Assembly (NCBI GenBank): GCA_030141605.1
Contig: JAQGDQ010000304.1
Coordinates: 124,001 to 188,000 of the forward strand
Source: Tubiluchus corallicola
Taxonomy: Eukaryota; Animalia; Priapulida
Length of the DNA: 64,000 nt
Direction of reading: 5' to 3'
In this document: piece by piece, positions 27,560-40,752 of the stretch
How positions within the stretch are numbered: position 1 is the stretch's first letter
Layout: each line of letters starts with the position of its first letter
Notes under the pieces: model-generated
Seen by the model: the letters and a program-made list of their open reading frames with translations, nothing else
Told to the model about the DNA's origin: nothing
Databases searched by the model: none
Translations under genes and position numbers: made by a program

Positions 27560-27843
27560 GTAATTGATCTCCCAAACAGACACTTTTTGTTGCTGTCTGT
27601 TTGCTCGGCGATTTTGGTGAAAGAGGATCGAGCTTATCCGCGGCGCGGTATTCACGGAAAGTCATAGATAATAACATATTGTACGCGGTTCTGTTGAACA
27701 AGGCAACCCTAGAGTTTGACCAAAGCTGAAAGCTCTTGCTAGATCTGGATTTTGGTGTCAGGTTCGGGGTTGCTGAGGCGGCCATGATGGTCTGAAATTT
27801 TTACGGAATTTCGCAACCTGAAATAATATAGCAAACTTGTAAA
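27560..27843. promoter_or_regulatory. CpG-rich promoter / 5'UTR of LUC7, possibly bidirectional
   Basis: GC/CpG enrichment against the AT-rich background directly upstream of the ATG. Confidence 0.5.
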
Positions 27844-30800
27844 ATGTCGGCCCAAGAACAAATGAGAGCTATGTTGGACCAGCTTATGGGTACACAAAGA
27901 GATGGTACGTAATACTGTAAATTGTTTTAATACGTTTTTTATCATTAGTAGTATCATTTTTTGTCTTCATCTGTTTGGCTAAATATATACATAGTTATTA
28001 AGCCACGCATATGTCACGCTCGTGATATATTTCAGAAAATTGTTTTATGCTTTATTACACTTACTAACTACTAACGTCATGTAATAGTTGCTCGTCTGTA
28101 CTGTTACATATTTACATAATCCTGTGCTACTAGATGTTAAAGGATTCAAGGATGAAACAGTGAACAATATTAAGGAAGGATGAAGCAGTGAACAATATTA
28201 AGGCTTATTGGCAATGTTTGTTTTGATATTTCGTTGAAAAATGCACCCAAGTCTCGTATATAAATACGACCAAACATGTAAATTTGCCAAACAAATTTAA
28301 AATCATATTTTTAGTGTGATTTAAAAATATCTATTTCTTTGTACCTCCTTTGGTTCTTATAATATTATTATCATTATGTAAACATATGTTAAAGTGTGAG
28401 AAAGCAGTTTAATTAGCTTGTACTCTTAAAGTTTTTAATTGTCCTTTTTGTGTAATATGCTACCTTATTATGAATTCTAATTTACAAGCCATACTAGCAG
28501 ACAGTCTATTTCGTAAAGTATTTTAAATGTTGTTTACAATTTACACGTAGGCTTGCATCATACTAGCTTAAGACAAAATAAAATTTTTATTTTTTGTTTT
28601 CATAATAAATTATGTTTTATGCAAAAAGTCTGAAATTAATATAGGACACGTAGAGTGACCCTATAGAGGATACGGTGATCTAGCAAAACTCGGGAATATA
28701 AGAAAGTCGCATGCTGTTTATTACTTCTTAAAAGAGCTTTTTAGACAACAGCCTGTACATGGCATCAATTTTAATTAAATTATGTGATCTTGGTGCAAAC
28801 ACTTGTTTATTAAGTTTTGTGTACTAAACAACTGCATATTTCTTTCAGCATTTCGGGATCAGAATGTCTTCTTTTGCTTTCTGTGTGTTCGTTGTTTTAT
28901 TTATTTTGTACATAATTTTCCTTTGTAATTTTCAGTCGTAGACTATGTTGATTTCGTACTGTTATAGCTTCTAACATTTTGCATTCATTTTCAAGGTGTC
29001 ACGTAAGGAAAGCCTGCAAATTTTGTGCTGATACCTAGTCAGTCGTTTCATGGAACGTTTTTCTTACCCGTGAGTTCTAAATCTGTTTAGATACATATAG
29101 GAACATTTTTTGGAATCTGAAATTTATGCTGTAATTCTGGATGTATTATTGCGTAGAATCTGGAAGAATATCAAATTATCAATATTGTTTAGTGTATAAT
29201 AATAAACCTTTGGATATTTACGACTATAATAGACCTTGTATAGGAATGTTTATAGGCCTATAATATCAATATATGCAGTTGATTTTAGCATTAAGACATA
29301 GAAGCTTTGCCTGTTTGCATAATTTGTTATACTTATTTTAATAATCTTACTTCTAGATTCCCTTACAGTAGGTGTTGTTCATTGTAAGATTCAGCACAGT
29401 GCTGTGTCCGTATCTAGGGATGGGTGCGTACTTCCTGGATATTGGTTTAAAAGTTGGATTTTTCAGTCTACTGTATGGCAATATTGGCAACTTTAGTAGT
29501 GCAGAATTTAGCTTGTATCTAGGTATCTGTCATTGTACATAAAAAAACAGGATCAGAGATAAAAATTTTTGCTTAAATCATAGTTCATTTGCTGTTGTTT
29601 TTCAAATATCGGCTCATTCAGAAATCTTAAATAAAGTTCATTCCACTGTGCTGTGCTGATAACTTGTGAACTAATATAAATTTAATTTCCTTCAATTAGC
29701 AATTTTTTTTAGCTTAAAAATTTCAACCAAAAGCAGTGGATGATCGAAAAGCAAGATTCGCCATATTTCAGTTTTTTGAAGTTTTTAAAATGATCTTTTT
29801 TAAAATAGTCATAGCAATGCTGCTCAGTCAATGCAGTTAGTGTGACAGAGATTATTTTCTAAGTCTGCACGCCTTTTTCCACTGAGATTTTCCTATTTTG
29901 ACACACTGAGATCTGTGTGCATGTACATGCCTACTCTATGTATCTAGAGGTTATTTTTTACTTTATTATAAGCAGTTGCCATGTTGCCGTACAGTACGAC
30001 ATAATTTGTATCTACTTGATTCTGCCGTTTCCTACACCAAGCAAATGTATGTATCTTTAGTTTTGATCCTGTTCCGATTCAGTTAGGTAATTTGGTTTCA
30101 TCTTAGACGCATAGGGCATTGTATAGTTCCCAGACTGCAAGTACCTGTTGGTGCGTATTGCTGTTATCTTTGTTAGTAAGATATTTAAAGAAAAAGATAA
30201 ATTTAACCAGGATTTTAGTATTGTGAAATTCTAAATCTACGTATATTTTGCGGCTGCAGTCCGTATTCCATAACGGATGATTTTGGTGCGTATTTACATT
30301 GAAACTGATATTCAGCACTTCTACAGTTCCGTCTTTGATTATGTCTTCGAAAATTGTCAGGCTGTCCTCGACTGTTCATTAAGTTTCAAGATATCTATTG
30401 ATTTAGTCTCGACGATTGTTTTAGAGCCTAGTTAATGTTTTGGCAGGCTATATATCAGCGCAGCAGTTGCGGTGTGTATGAAATATTGTGTGTAGATTTG
30501 AAGCACTTAAATCTATGTCTTGTAAACCAGAAGATAAGGTCATTCCATGTCAACTGATCTAATTTTTTTCCAAGTGACAAAAATTTGATTATAAATTTGA
30601 AATCTTATTAATCTAATTAAATACTATTTTTCATGCATAATTGTGTATGTGGTGAAACTTATTTAAGAAAATTTAAGCTGCAATGAAGAAGTATGAGTGC
30701 CTCAAAGAAATAAAGTATTGTGCAACAAGGTGCAATATTTCTGGTTAAATGTTATGATTTTGTTTTGCACTTTTTTTAAATTACATGGTACAGTATGTTT

Positions 30801-33800
30801 AGTTAAAAGAAATTAGCACATTTGAATTTTGAACTTATTAATTTGTTTGTAGAGTTCATACTAAGTATAAGTACATACTAAGTAAGAACAATTTTTTCAC
30901 ATTTTCTGTAAAATTTATTTTATAATTCTGTTATGGTAGTTTTATCGGAGCTATTAAAATACTCTTTTCTATGTGATTGAATTTTGCTATTTTGCTTCCT
31001 TTACTAACCACACTCATTGTGTGATATTATAGTAGGCTGTTAATATTATCCTTGAGTTGTTAACTTTTTGGAACAAATGATTCCTTTCTTCAAAAATTTA
31101 AATTTAAAGGTCATATCATTCATGTGACTTGATGTCTGGTGGTTACTAGGTGAGTTGATAGGGATGACCAATTTTTAAACAATTTACTTTTATGATTTTA
31201 CCAAGTTTTACTTGACTTTGCTGTTCATTTAATAATTAATTAATTTCATTTGGAAAGGATTGCAATCGTTATCGTAATTATTATCTTGTCAGTTTTTTCT
31301 GGTTTACAATTAGCACTTATACACTATTTGTAATATTAAAAAGATATAAACAGTGCACTTATTTAAAGATTCTAGCTAGACCTCATTTAGAAAGATGGCT
31401 TCTTCAGCTTGCTTGCATAATAAGAGATTCCCAGCTAGTTTCCACTTCCCAGTAACTTCGTGTTGTGGTGCGTATAATAAATTATTTAATTTCAGTGTTA
31501 TCGGCTAAACATTTAGTTTTCTAAGATTTTATGCTAACAGAGGTTTTTCAGCAGAACGAGAGGACTACAGTGGGATCACCGAGCAAACTTTCCAGTTTGT
31601 TCCAGCTACTGTGAGTGTCATCATTGTCATCATCATCATCAATTTATTCGTCATCATCGTCGTCGTCATCATCTTTCAAATTCATCTTCTGTTCTATATA
31701 TTCAGCTGATCTGATCTACTAGCTAGAGCTTTCAAACTCTATTTTTTCATGAAAATGTTATTAGAAATCCTGCGAAAGGTTTTATGCAAGAGCTGCCTAA
31801 TGCTATATAGACTCTTTCTAGTAGAACAGGTCTGAATGTACTGGTTAATAACAAATGCACAGTTTACAATGTTTAATTGTTGTTGGTTGTGTGCTCTGTA
31901 TATAACAGGATCAAGTAAGACAAAGCTGAAGTTTAGTGATCCACAAGTGTGCAGGAGCTTTCTTTTGGATTGCTGTCCTCATGACATCCTTCAGAGTACG
32001 GTAAGTGATGACTTTGTAATAGACAAAAGCTTATATGTGTGCATTACTAGTTAGATGTTGTTTTGTTAGACTGTCAGTGACAGTTGAAAATTTGCATTTG
32101 TAAATAGTCTGTTTTCAGAAGTAATTCAAGGGCAGCATTTTAAATTTTTGTCTTCTGCCCAAATTAATAATTCTTAACCAGGATTTATATATGTTGGTAT
32201 ATAATTACCAATTTATGTAGCTACTGCAAATTTAAGCTTTTTATAACTGAAATTGCAGTGTTTCCTGCTTAGATTACTTTTGTAAAGGTATCTAAAATCT
32301 TACCAAGTTACAAGAGAATTACCTTTAACATGTCTATTTAACTCAAAAAGGTAGTATGTTTCATTTAGTGTCTACTATACTGTGAATTTCTGCTTACTGA
32401 GTTGAGTGAGTACAGTTATTTGTCCTCCAATTGTTCGTGTGATGATTTTATTTTAGAAAGTTTTTTTTCTGATTATTAATTCACGGCTTTCCATGAGTAA
32501 GAATGTTTAACCAGAATTTTGTTGAAAAAGAACCCATTTTTAGTTGTATCAACTTGTATTCAATAGTAACTGTTTCACACAATTTCTCATTGTATGACTC
32601 TAAAAATTTTTTGTTGCAAAAATTGCTCTTTTATGGTCAAAAGGAGCTAAATATTAAAATGATGTTCATTGTTTTTTATTTATAGCGTTTGAATCTTGGT
32701 GAGTGTCCAAAAGTTCATGAGTTGGCATTACGTGCTGATTATGAGATGGCATCTAGAAAGCGCGAATACTACTATGAAATGGATGTGAGTGACTCGTTTT
32801 GATAGACTTTTGATCAGTTTCTGGAAGAAATAAACGTCATAAGGAGGCATAAGCAGTATTAGCTTAATTAATTTTCATTAGTACATCTGACTAATGTTCT
32901 GATAATTTGCAACCAGTTACAATGTAAAAAATTACACATGGAATGCCTTCAATGTCTGCAAGTACCGTAGGGTTACCAGTGGCGTGTGCTTGATTTTCCT
33001 GTTTCTGCATACTGTAGTTCACCATTTGTACTAGTTGTAGGAACCAATTAATTGATTTAATAGATTACTTCGATTTGGGCTTTTATTTCTAATTTTTCTC
33101 AGCTGCTCTAGCAGCTGTTGTTTTGGAAAAACCACAAAAATAATAAACAATAATAAGCAAAGCCTTCGCTGCGGTGAAATCAAGCAATATGGTACTACTG
33201 CATAGTAACGTATCATCCTGCCAATGCACAATTCTTATAAGCACGAGCGCTTGGTATTGTCGTGGTTTTATGTGCGCCTGCTTTCTTCCACAGTTCGTAC
33301 AAAAATTTCAAACAAATTAAGTCAATTTTGAAGGACTGTTTTGTAAACTCCAAACTAATAAAATAAACTTATTTTTACTCTTATTCTTTACTTTAGATTT
33401 TTACTTTTTCTATCAGAATTGTAATGTAAACATCAATGGTTAAAATAACAAAATGTGTTACACTCCAAATGGTATTTATTAAACATTTTGAACTTACCAA
33501 TTTTTTTATACCTGAAAACTAATCGACATTTTAATCGATTTCATATCCGATTAAAATGAAGCAAATATCGCACCACTATTTTGTATTACCTTGCATTAAT
33601 TTTGGTAGTACTCGAGAGTGAAACAAATTGATAAAACAGCTGATCTGCTTTTCTTCTATACAGATGGCATTTATAGTTCATATTTTCCTCACTTAATGCT
33701 TTTTTTTGTGTGTTTAGGCAATGGAGCATTTGCAGGCATTTGTCCGTGATTGTGACACGCAGACTGAAAACGCCAAGAAGAAGTTAGCTGAAACACAAGA

Positions 33801-36800
33801 ACAACTGAGTGATGAAGTTAATGAGAAGGTAGATGTTAAGTTTAATCCATTTTTGAAAATTTGTGGGCTGTTTTTTGCTGTTCCATCTTGCTGTCCCATT
33901 TAGCAATCTGCCAACTGTTAATGACATTAAATACAAAACATGGTCTGACATTTGTGGCCTCATATCAACTAATTTTCAGTTTTGCTCATTAGCATTAAAA
34001 ATTCACGGTGCAGTGTTTCCAGTGCGACGTATTTCGGCAGCGGATACAGTAATTCCTGCTTCCTCGTCATCATCACTGCAGTCATGCAAAGTTGTAAAAA
34101 GTGCTTAGAACAAAGATACTGATCTAGCTTAAGTTACAAAGTAGGACATTTGTGTAGTCTATGTCACAATTTCGTTGCCTTCACTGTGTGCGAGGTGGAT
34201 TTATAAAGCGAAATTTCAATTTAATAAACTGTGGATTTTACTAGATTAAAGTATTATACAGTTGAGTTCCAGCAGTGGTCCCCACTATATGCAGCTGGAT
34301 TTATTAAGCGGATTCTACTGTATTGAAGATGCTAAGTCATTCACACCCATAGTGTCGGGTTTAAACAAAAGCTGCTTCAAGTCAGGCTACATGCATCTAT
34401 CATTGTACAACACATTATACTCACATAAGCTAGCTTCTTCAGCATACGTGACAGCATTTGAAAGTGTAACGAACTAAAGCTATGAATGTGTCTTGCAAAT
34501 TGAGTTTCTTTTAGTTGCTCGAAAAATTAAGTGGTATGTTCAACATTTACGGATGGCAATTCAGTTTTGGTGATCTATAAAGCCAAAAGATTCTTAAATA
34601 TTTTGCTGATAACTACAAAAATACTAGTAAATGTGTTGTTGTCAGGAAATGATCTTTTGTCAGTTTACTTGTAGACTGGAGTGATCAAAGCAAATTTTCA
34701 GTTGGAAAAGTGACGAGATTTTAGGAAACAAATGTAAAGTATTTTTTCTGCCTGCACTATTTATGTACTTCATTCAATTTTTAGTTAGATAAAGTGCATG
34801 AACTTGCTGAAGGAATAGGCAAGACACTTGCAAAGGCAGAGCAGTTGGGGGCTGATGGAAATGTTGAAGAGTCTTTAACTTTGCTGGAGGAGGTTGAGCG
34901 TCTTAAAAAAGCAAAGCATGATGCGGAGGTAAATTGTTTCATTTATTTCTTGATGAACACAGGTGGGAAAGACCTGATCTGTTTTCTGTGCTATTTCCCA
35001 CCTGTGCTGGCTAATATGTTTTTATACATAGTGGTATTGTGTATAATGTTTTGGATCACAACTTTTCTATTTCTAACAGGACTGCTATTTTATTGTTATT
35101 GCTTTTCATTCACTAGGGCTTCTTTAAAATTTAAACAGTATACGTTGTTTAATTAAAGTCTAGTGTATGCTGTAATAAATAATAACTATCCAGTTGAAGA
35201 AGTTTATAATTCTATTTCCATTGTGTAAATTAACAGATGGAGTATCGTAACTCGATGCCTTCTTCTACCTATCAGCAGCAGAAGCTACGTGTTTGTGAAG
35301 TTTGTTCTGCTTACCTTGGAATTCATGATAACGATCGACGACTTGCTGACCATTTTGGAGGAAAGCTGCACCTTGGTTTTATTGACATACGCGAAAAACT
35401 GGAGAAACTGAAGGTAATTGAAAAGCACATGTATGATTGTTAATTATGCTATTTGTATACCTTGCAGGTGTTCCAAATGTACGCACAAAAGATAATTGTT
35501 AACGAGTATTATATACATTTAATTTCGTGTCACAGTTTTCTGTTCGGTTTACTTAGGGCAGTGGTGCAATTATTACCCTAAATGCAATTTGTCGGAATTT
35601 TCTACGTAGCGAATCATCCAGCATTTTGACAGTTTTAGTTGTAGTAATTTGGTTTTGTCACAGGACTTAAAGTTTTATACACATTATGTTTTAGGTAGTC
35701 GTAGAGGAAAAGAAATTGAAAAGGGAAGCGGAACGAGAGCAGCGCATGGCAGAACGTGAAAAAGAGTGGCAGGAAAGAGAAAAAGAAAGAGAAAAGAGTA
35801 GAGAAGATTATGATCGGGAAAGAGAGAGGGCACGTAATCGCAGAAGGTATTCGCATTGTACTGGTCAATGAACTATGTAAATTGTAGTTACTAGCACCAT
35901 TTATATAATGTGGTGCAAAAATGTGCCTATGTTTTTTTACAATATTGTAAAAAGAAAATAATGGAATCGCCAATGACTTTGTCTTGTTGGAATTTGTATT
36001 TTTAACATCCAGAAGCTTCAGCCATAACTTAAAAGCCTCATAAACTCTAAATTTTTAACTTTCATAGCCAAAAGTTAATGTACTGCAATACCGCAATATG
36101 GAATTTTTACATTTTAGGGTGTTCACTTCTACTGTTATTGCAGTCTAAACTGCGGTGCATTTTTACTGCACCACCCGATATATCATAAAAGATAATGTGA
36201 TTTTGTTCTTTGGCAGATACTTATCAGTCGAATTACACATATATTTATCGGTTGCCCAATGTATATCATTCTTGGTATCGTCAACTTGAAACTGAAAAAC
36301 TGTAGGGCAGGAACTTATGGAAACCACTTATTTTTGTTTTATTCAGAAATGTATGTTAAATTCTGCTAATGCACAGTTTGTTTCTAAAACAACCAACATC
36401 CACAAGTAGCTATAATTGTTTTTTTGATATGTGATTGTACCTGTTAGTTTTTCTATTTATCATTGAGTGACAGATTTTCAAAGCCAAACTGTTTTCATTA
36501 ATGATGAAAATGTTTGTGATTGTGTATAACTGAAGATTGAAATAGGTGATACATGGTATATTGTTGAATTGTTTTGTTTTCTTTTTAGACGAAGCAGAAG
36601 TAGAAGTAGAGAACGACGACGCAGGTAGAATAAATTTTGTCATTTTGTAGTTTGTAAATTAGTAGTTACAAAGCAATAATTTTGAACTTAATAACTGTTT
36701 TAACAAGGTTCGTTAGTACACTGCATGAAAAATAATGTTAATTGTACTGATATGCAATAGTGTTGGTATATGCATATATACGAGTAATTGTTGTGTAGCT

Positions 36801-38444
36801 TCAGCAATTTCTTACATCAGTGCAAAACTAGAGTGAGACTTCGTGCACAGTTGCCTGATTGGCATATTGTATTCATCTTTGTTTCAATCTGGAAATAGTT
36901 AAAACGACTTGTTTAGCCAACATTTCTTCCTTAATCATGTTATAGTTTTTGATTTCACTATGAATTATCAGCTTACCAAAGATGATTTTATGGGCATGTT
37001 TTTCAGGTCTCGCAGCAGGGAACGACGTCGAAGGTCACGATCTAGATCGAGGTCTGATAGAACACGACGCCATAGGTCACGATCAAGGTCGTATGGCCGC
37101 AGTTCCAGGTGATTGGAACTATTTTACAAGCATTTATTACTAATGAAAACATTGAAAAGCTGCAATTGAAACAAGTTGGCAACTTTAAATTTCTGCAATT
37201 TCTCTGTCGTCAGATACTTATCTGTCATAATTAATAATATTTATTTACAGTAAACTACGTATAACCTCCGCCTTCGGGACCGGAAAATTTGTTCAAGTTA
37301 TGCGCAAAGTACGAGTTAGATGGATGTTCGCAAGAAAACAAGATTTAATCGCTCATCAACGTCCAACAGTATACTGCAGCTTGTGAAAATGACAATCTGA
37401 GCCTTTAGTCAAATATCAAACAACAATTTTTATGATTAATCAAAAGTAAAATGACTAGTCTACCCCTAACCATGGTTAATAGAATTTGGCAGTAATAATA
37501 TTGTGATCAACATTAAACCACGTTTGTTAAGTCACGTTGTGTGTTGCATTTTGCTAAGGTAATGCAAGAAACCTTAACATTTTTGCAGAAAAAGTGGTAG
37601 CATGTTGCACACTTTTGGGAGTAATTTCTTGCTTGGTAGGCTGTTTGTGATAGACGAGGTAATTTCAAGCAGATTCTTAAGAATTGTACAGGAAATTCGG
37701 TCTGAGTTACGCGATATTTGGTAAAGGGAAAATCCGTTCCACGAGATCTATTCAAGATGCACAAGATTTCGTGTTATACCGTTTCAAGTTATATGTAGTT
37801 TTCTGTACTTAACGAGTAAAGACTCTCTATTGTAATTACAAATGTCAAATTTCTGACTGTTTTTTTAGAGTCCTTGTACTGTAGTTTGTTTACTTTGCAC
37901 TTTCCATGAAAAGCTAAGAATGCTAAAGTACTGCAAATCTGAAAGTTTTCTATTTGTTTTCAGTTCCAGGTCCCAACGACGTAGATCTCGCAGCAGAGAG
38001 CCCTCTCCTTCAGATGATAGGTACTTACTCATTTAGCACTTTTCGCACTCGTTAAACCTTTTGGTAAAATAATGTCGTAAAAAGTCATATGCAAAATATT
38101 TAAACAAATATTGTAGTTTATGCTTTTGTTTCACCAGCCACAGGTATCATAGTTTTATTTGTCTAACTTACTATTATTGTTGTGTTCTTTAAAATATGGT
38201 TCATAGATTTTTTGTAATTTTAAATATTTGTATGCCAAAGAGCATCTTTATGTGGATTTGGGCCATAAAATTATTATTTTTCTATTATTAATACATGTTT
38301 GTACATAGAAAAAATTTCCGCTTCTAAAAACAAATGCAATTTTCAATATCATCATCCAATTTTATTTATAGGCTAGAGTCAGCTAATCGCAAGGAATCGC
38401 CGAGTAGAGCTAATAATGAAGGTGGCGGCGACACTTCACCATGA
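27844..38444 (+). CDS. LUC7L2: U1 snRNP-associated LUC7 protein, LUC7L/LUC7L2 subfamily, 11 coding exons, about 367 aa
   Basis: Exons 27844-27904, 31909-32000, 32686-32784, 33718-33828, 34785-34928, 35237-35413, 35695-35846, 36589-36624, 37007-37108, 37964-38020, 38372-38444 (1104 nt in frame). The N-terminus MSAQEQMRAMLDQLMGT is LUC7L/L2-type, not LUC7L3-type. ZnF1 CRSFLLDCCPHD..GECPKVH; ZnF2 LRVCEVCSAYLGIHDNDRRLADHFGGKLH; RE/RS-rich tail. Confidence 0.95.
28148..28203. repeat. 28-bp tandem duplication in LUC7 intron 1
   Basis: AAGGATGAA(A/G)CAGTGAACAATATTAAGG occurs twice, adjacent. Confidence 0.9.
31552..31610 (+). other. Candidate 59-nt frameshifting (poison) cassette exon in LUC7 intron 1
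   Basis: Branch GCTAAC at 31533-31538, acceptor TTTTTCAG(CAG), donor ACT|GTGAGT. Inclusion gives a TGA early in exon 2. Confidence 0.55.
37248..37805. mobile_element. Tc1/mariner-type MITE in LUC7 intron 9
   Basis: TA|CAGTAAACTACGTATAAC ... GTTATATGTAGTTTTCTG|TA; inverted termini with TA flanks. Confidence 0.75.
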
Positions 38445-39888
38445 CTCTGGTCTTCTGGTAATTTCATTTATTTGTAATATAGTTAACTTAATGTTTGGAA
38501 TTCAGTAAGTTTGCAAAATAAAATGGTATGTAAATAAATTGCATGAAATAGTGAATCTACTTCATATCATTCAACCAGTATATTGCACAGGTAATAGGTA
38601 ACTTTTTACATGCGTCTATGATTGTGATACGTGCCTAAACACCAGCAAATCACAAATTCAGAAATTGTGCAACCCTCTTTACGTGAGCATGCAGCATTGG
38701 CTTGCATTTGCACTGTGAATCTAATTATTATACAGGTATATACATTATTTTAGTTCAGTAATCTCAATTTGTTTTAATAAATTCATTCCAAAAAAAACAA
38801 AAAATTGTAGGCAGTATAAAATGATTAGACCTGTAAATACCGTAGTTGATTAGCTTTTATTTAAAGAGAGAAAATGACATTTTACAATTACTTGTGCCTC
38901 CAGTATGGATACTTTAGTACTGAGGAACTGTAATTAAGTGGTCAGAGACATATTTGCTTGCTTGCTTTTTGTGGATCAGCATGTAATAAAACTGAGCTCA
39001 TTAAACTAAGGTATTTTGTAGCTTTTATGGTTTTGTATGCTTTATTCTCTGTGAAATACTTTGTAATAGTAGAATTACAACCATTATTTCCAGTATTATA
39101 ATTGTTTTGAATTTGCTCTTTGTTAACTTTGAAACCTAATGTTGATAATGGTGTTTAATGTGGAAGTCTTGTTTTCGCACATAAAACATTTTCTGTATGC
39201 ATTAGAGTAAAAGTTCAGTCTGATGATTCAACTTCTGATAAATTTTTAAATAATTTAGCACATCGGCAGGATACTTGTAATTTTTGAACAGTGTAGTGTT
39301 TAGCCATTATTAGCTAGTAAAATATTACCATTAGAACTCAACTCATTAAAGTCCTTTTCTTGAATTCATTCTCCTAAAATAAAGATAATTTGGTGCATAA
39401 AAAGAATATTATTTTAGATTTTTATGTTATGGCTGTAGTTTTATTGTGATTATAGTAACGTTTACATGACAACATTGACAGTTCTGTTTATCTCTTGTCC
39501 TGTACATTGGCAATGTTAGTGATAAAAAACTATTTTGTGTTATGTATCGTTTGCAATTGTTTATCAAAGCAAGATTAGTATTTATCAGTTTTGCATAACA
39601 GACTGTAATAATTGTCTCCAGACCTGATATTCTTGTCAAAAACACGGAACGGCTGTTGGGCGTGCCTACACAAACAGCTTGCATTGAGCACAGTTATGTG
39701 ACCTAATTTAAGCTAATTTGAGCAAATGCATGTGTAAAAACTAAACAAACAGACCTGCAACTGTATTTTCATTGAAAAAAAATTCATCTCTTAGTGCATG
39801 GAGCACTACATCACGTAAAATACTGGGTACTAGAAAGCATAATCCTGCCACTCATGGGATGGATACATTATGCAAGCTTACAGGATAT

Positions 39889-40290
39889 TAGTGATGGGAG
39901 TGATGCATCCAAAATTGTGTAACTGTAACACAATTTTAGAAGTTACTTTTGTAACTGTTACAATTTTCTTTTTGTGGCAACTTGCAGTTGAAATGACAGT
40001 TACTTTTACTGTTACATTTGTCTAAAATCATATTAAAATTTTATTAATTGCATATAAATATTGTACTCTGCCTGTTATACTCCTTCTGTGCAAGTCAGCA
40101 GCACAACTTCATTCAAGCATGAATTTTAACACCCATGATTATTTCATATAATCCTTTCCTTTTTGAAGGAGTTGTAAGTGTAACTAGTTACTTTTTTGAT
40201 GGTGAAGAAGGAACTGTAACTATAACAAGTTATGCTTTCAAAAACAATGTAATTGTCTTTTCTGTAGCCGTGCCTTTATTACAACTTATT
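39889..40290. mobile_element. Possible hAT-type MITE remnant between the LUC7 and PTCD1 3' ends
   Basis: Starts TAGTGATGGG and carries many GTAACT/AGTTAC subterminal motifs in both orientations; right TIR not clear. Confidence 0.35.
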
Positions 40291-40752
40291 AAAAGGGTTC
40301 AACATATTACCAAAGTGTATCAAATTGAAATTAATACAGAGAGTACAAACTTATTACAAAAGTATATCTCATTGAATTTTTGATGTACAGCTCCAGGAAT
40401 AGCAGTAAGAGAAGCATAAAAATTTGAAAAATCTATTTGCAAACTTAAACATTGACACCAATCTTTGCGTAAACACTTGCAAAACTTTTTTGATAAGAAA
40501 ATTTACATCTTTCAAAATTTTGTTAGCAAGCTTGAAAAGGATGTTAACACATTTTTGTTGACTGTGTTGCCATGATTATGACTAAGTTCACAATGATGAT
40601 GTACCATTCAGTAGGTATTTACCATATTTGCCAAAAATTCACATGTGAAAAATAATAATAATAAGTTCTTACATGACTTCAAAATCGTAACATACATAGT
40701 TTCAAGAATGAGGGACATTAAATATTCGTAGACTTTCAAATTCAGTACAGAA

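Noticed and set aside
28849-29210. Second possible unproductive exon in LUC7 intron 1 (acceptors 28849/28936, donor CAC|GTAAGG at 29003, AATAAA at 29201)
   Set aside because: Signals of this strength occur by chance in a 4-kb AT-rich intron; cannot be supported without RNA data.
32439-32472. GTGATGA...CTGA box C/D-like pair in LUC7 intron 2
   Set aside because: Too short for a snoRNA, with no terminal stem or recognisable guide.
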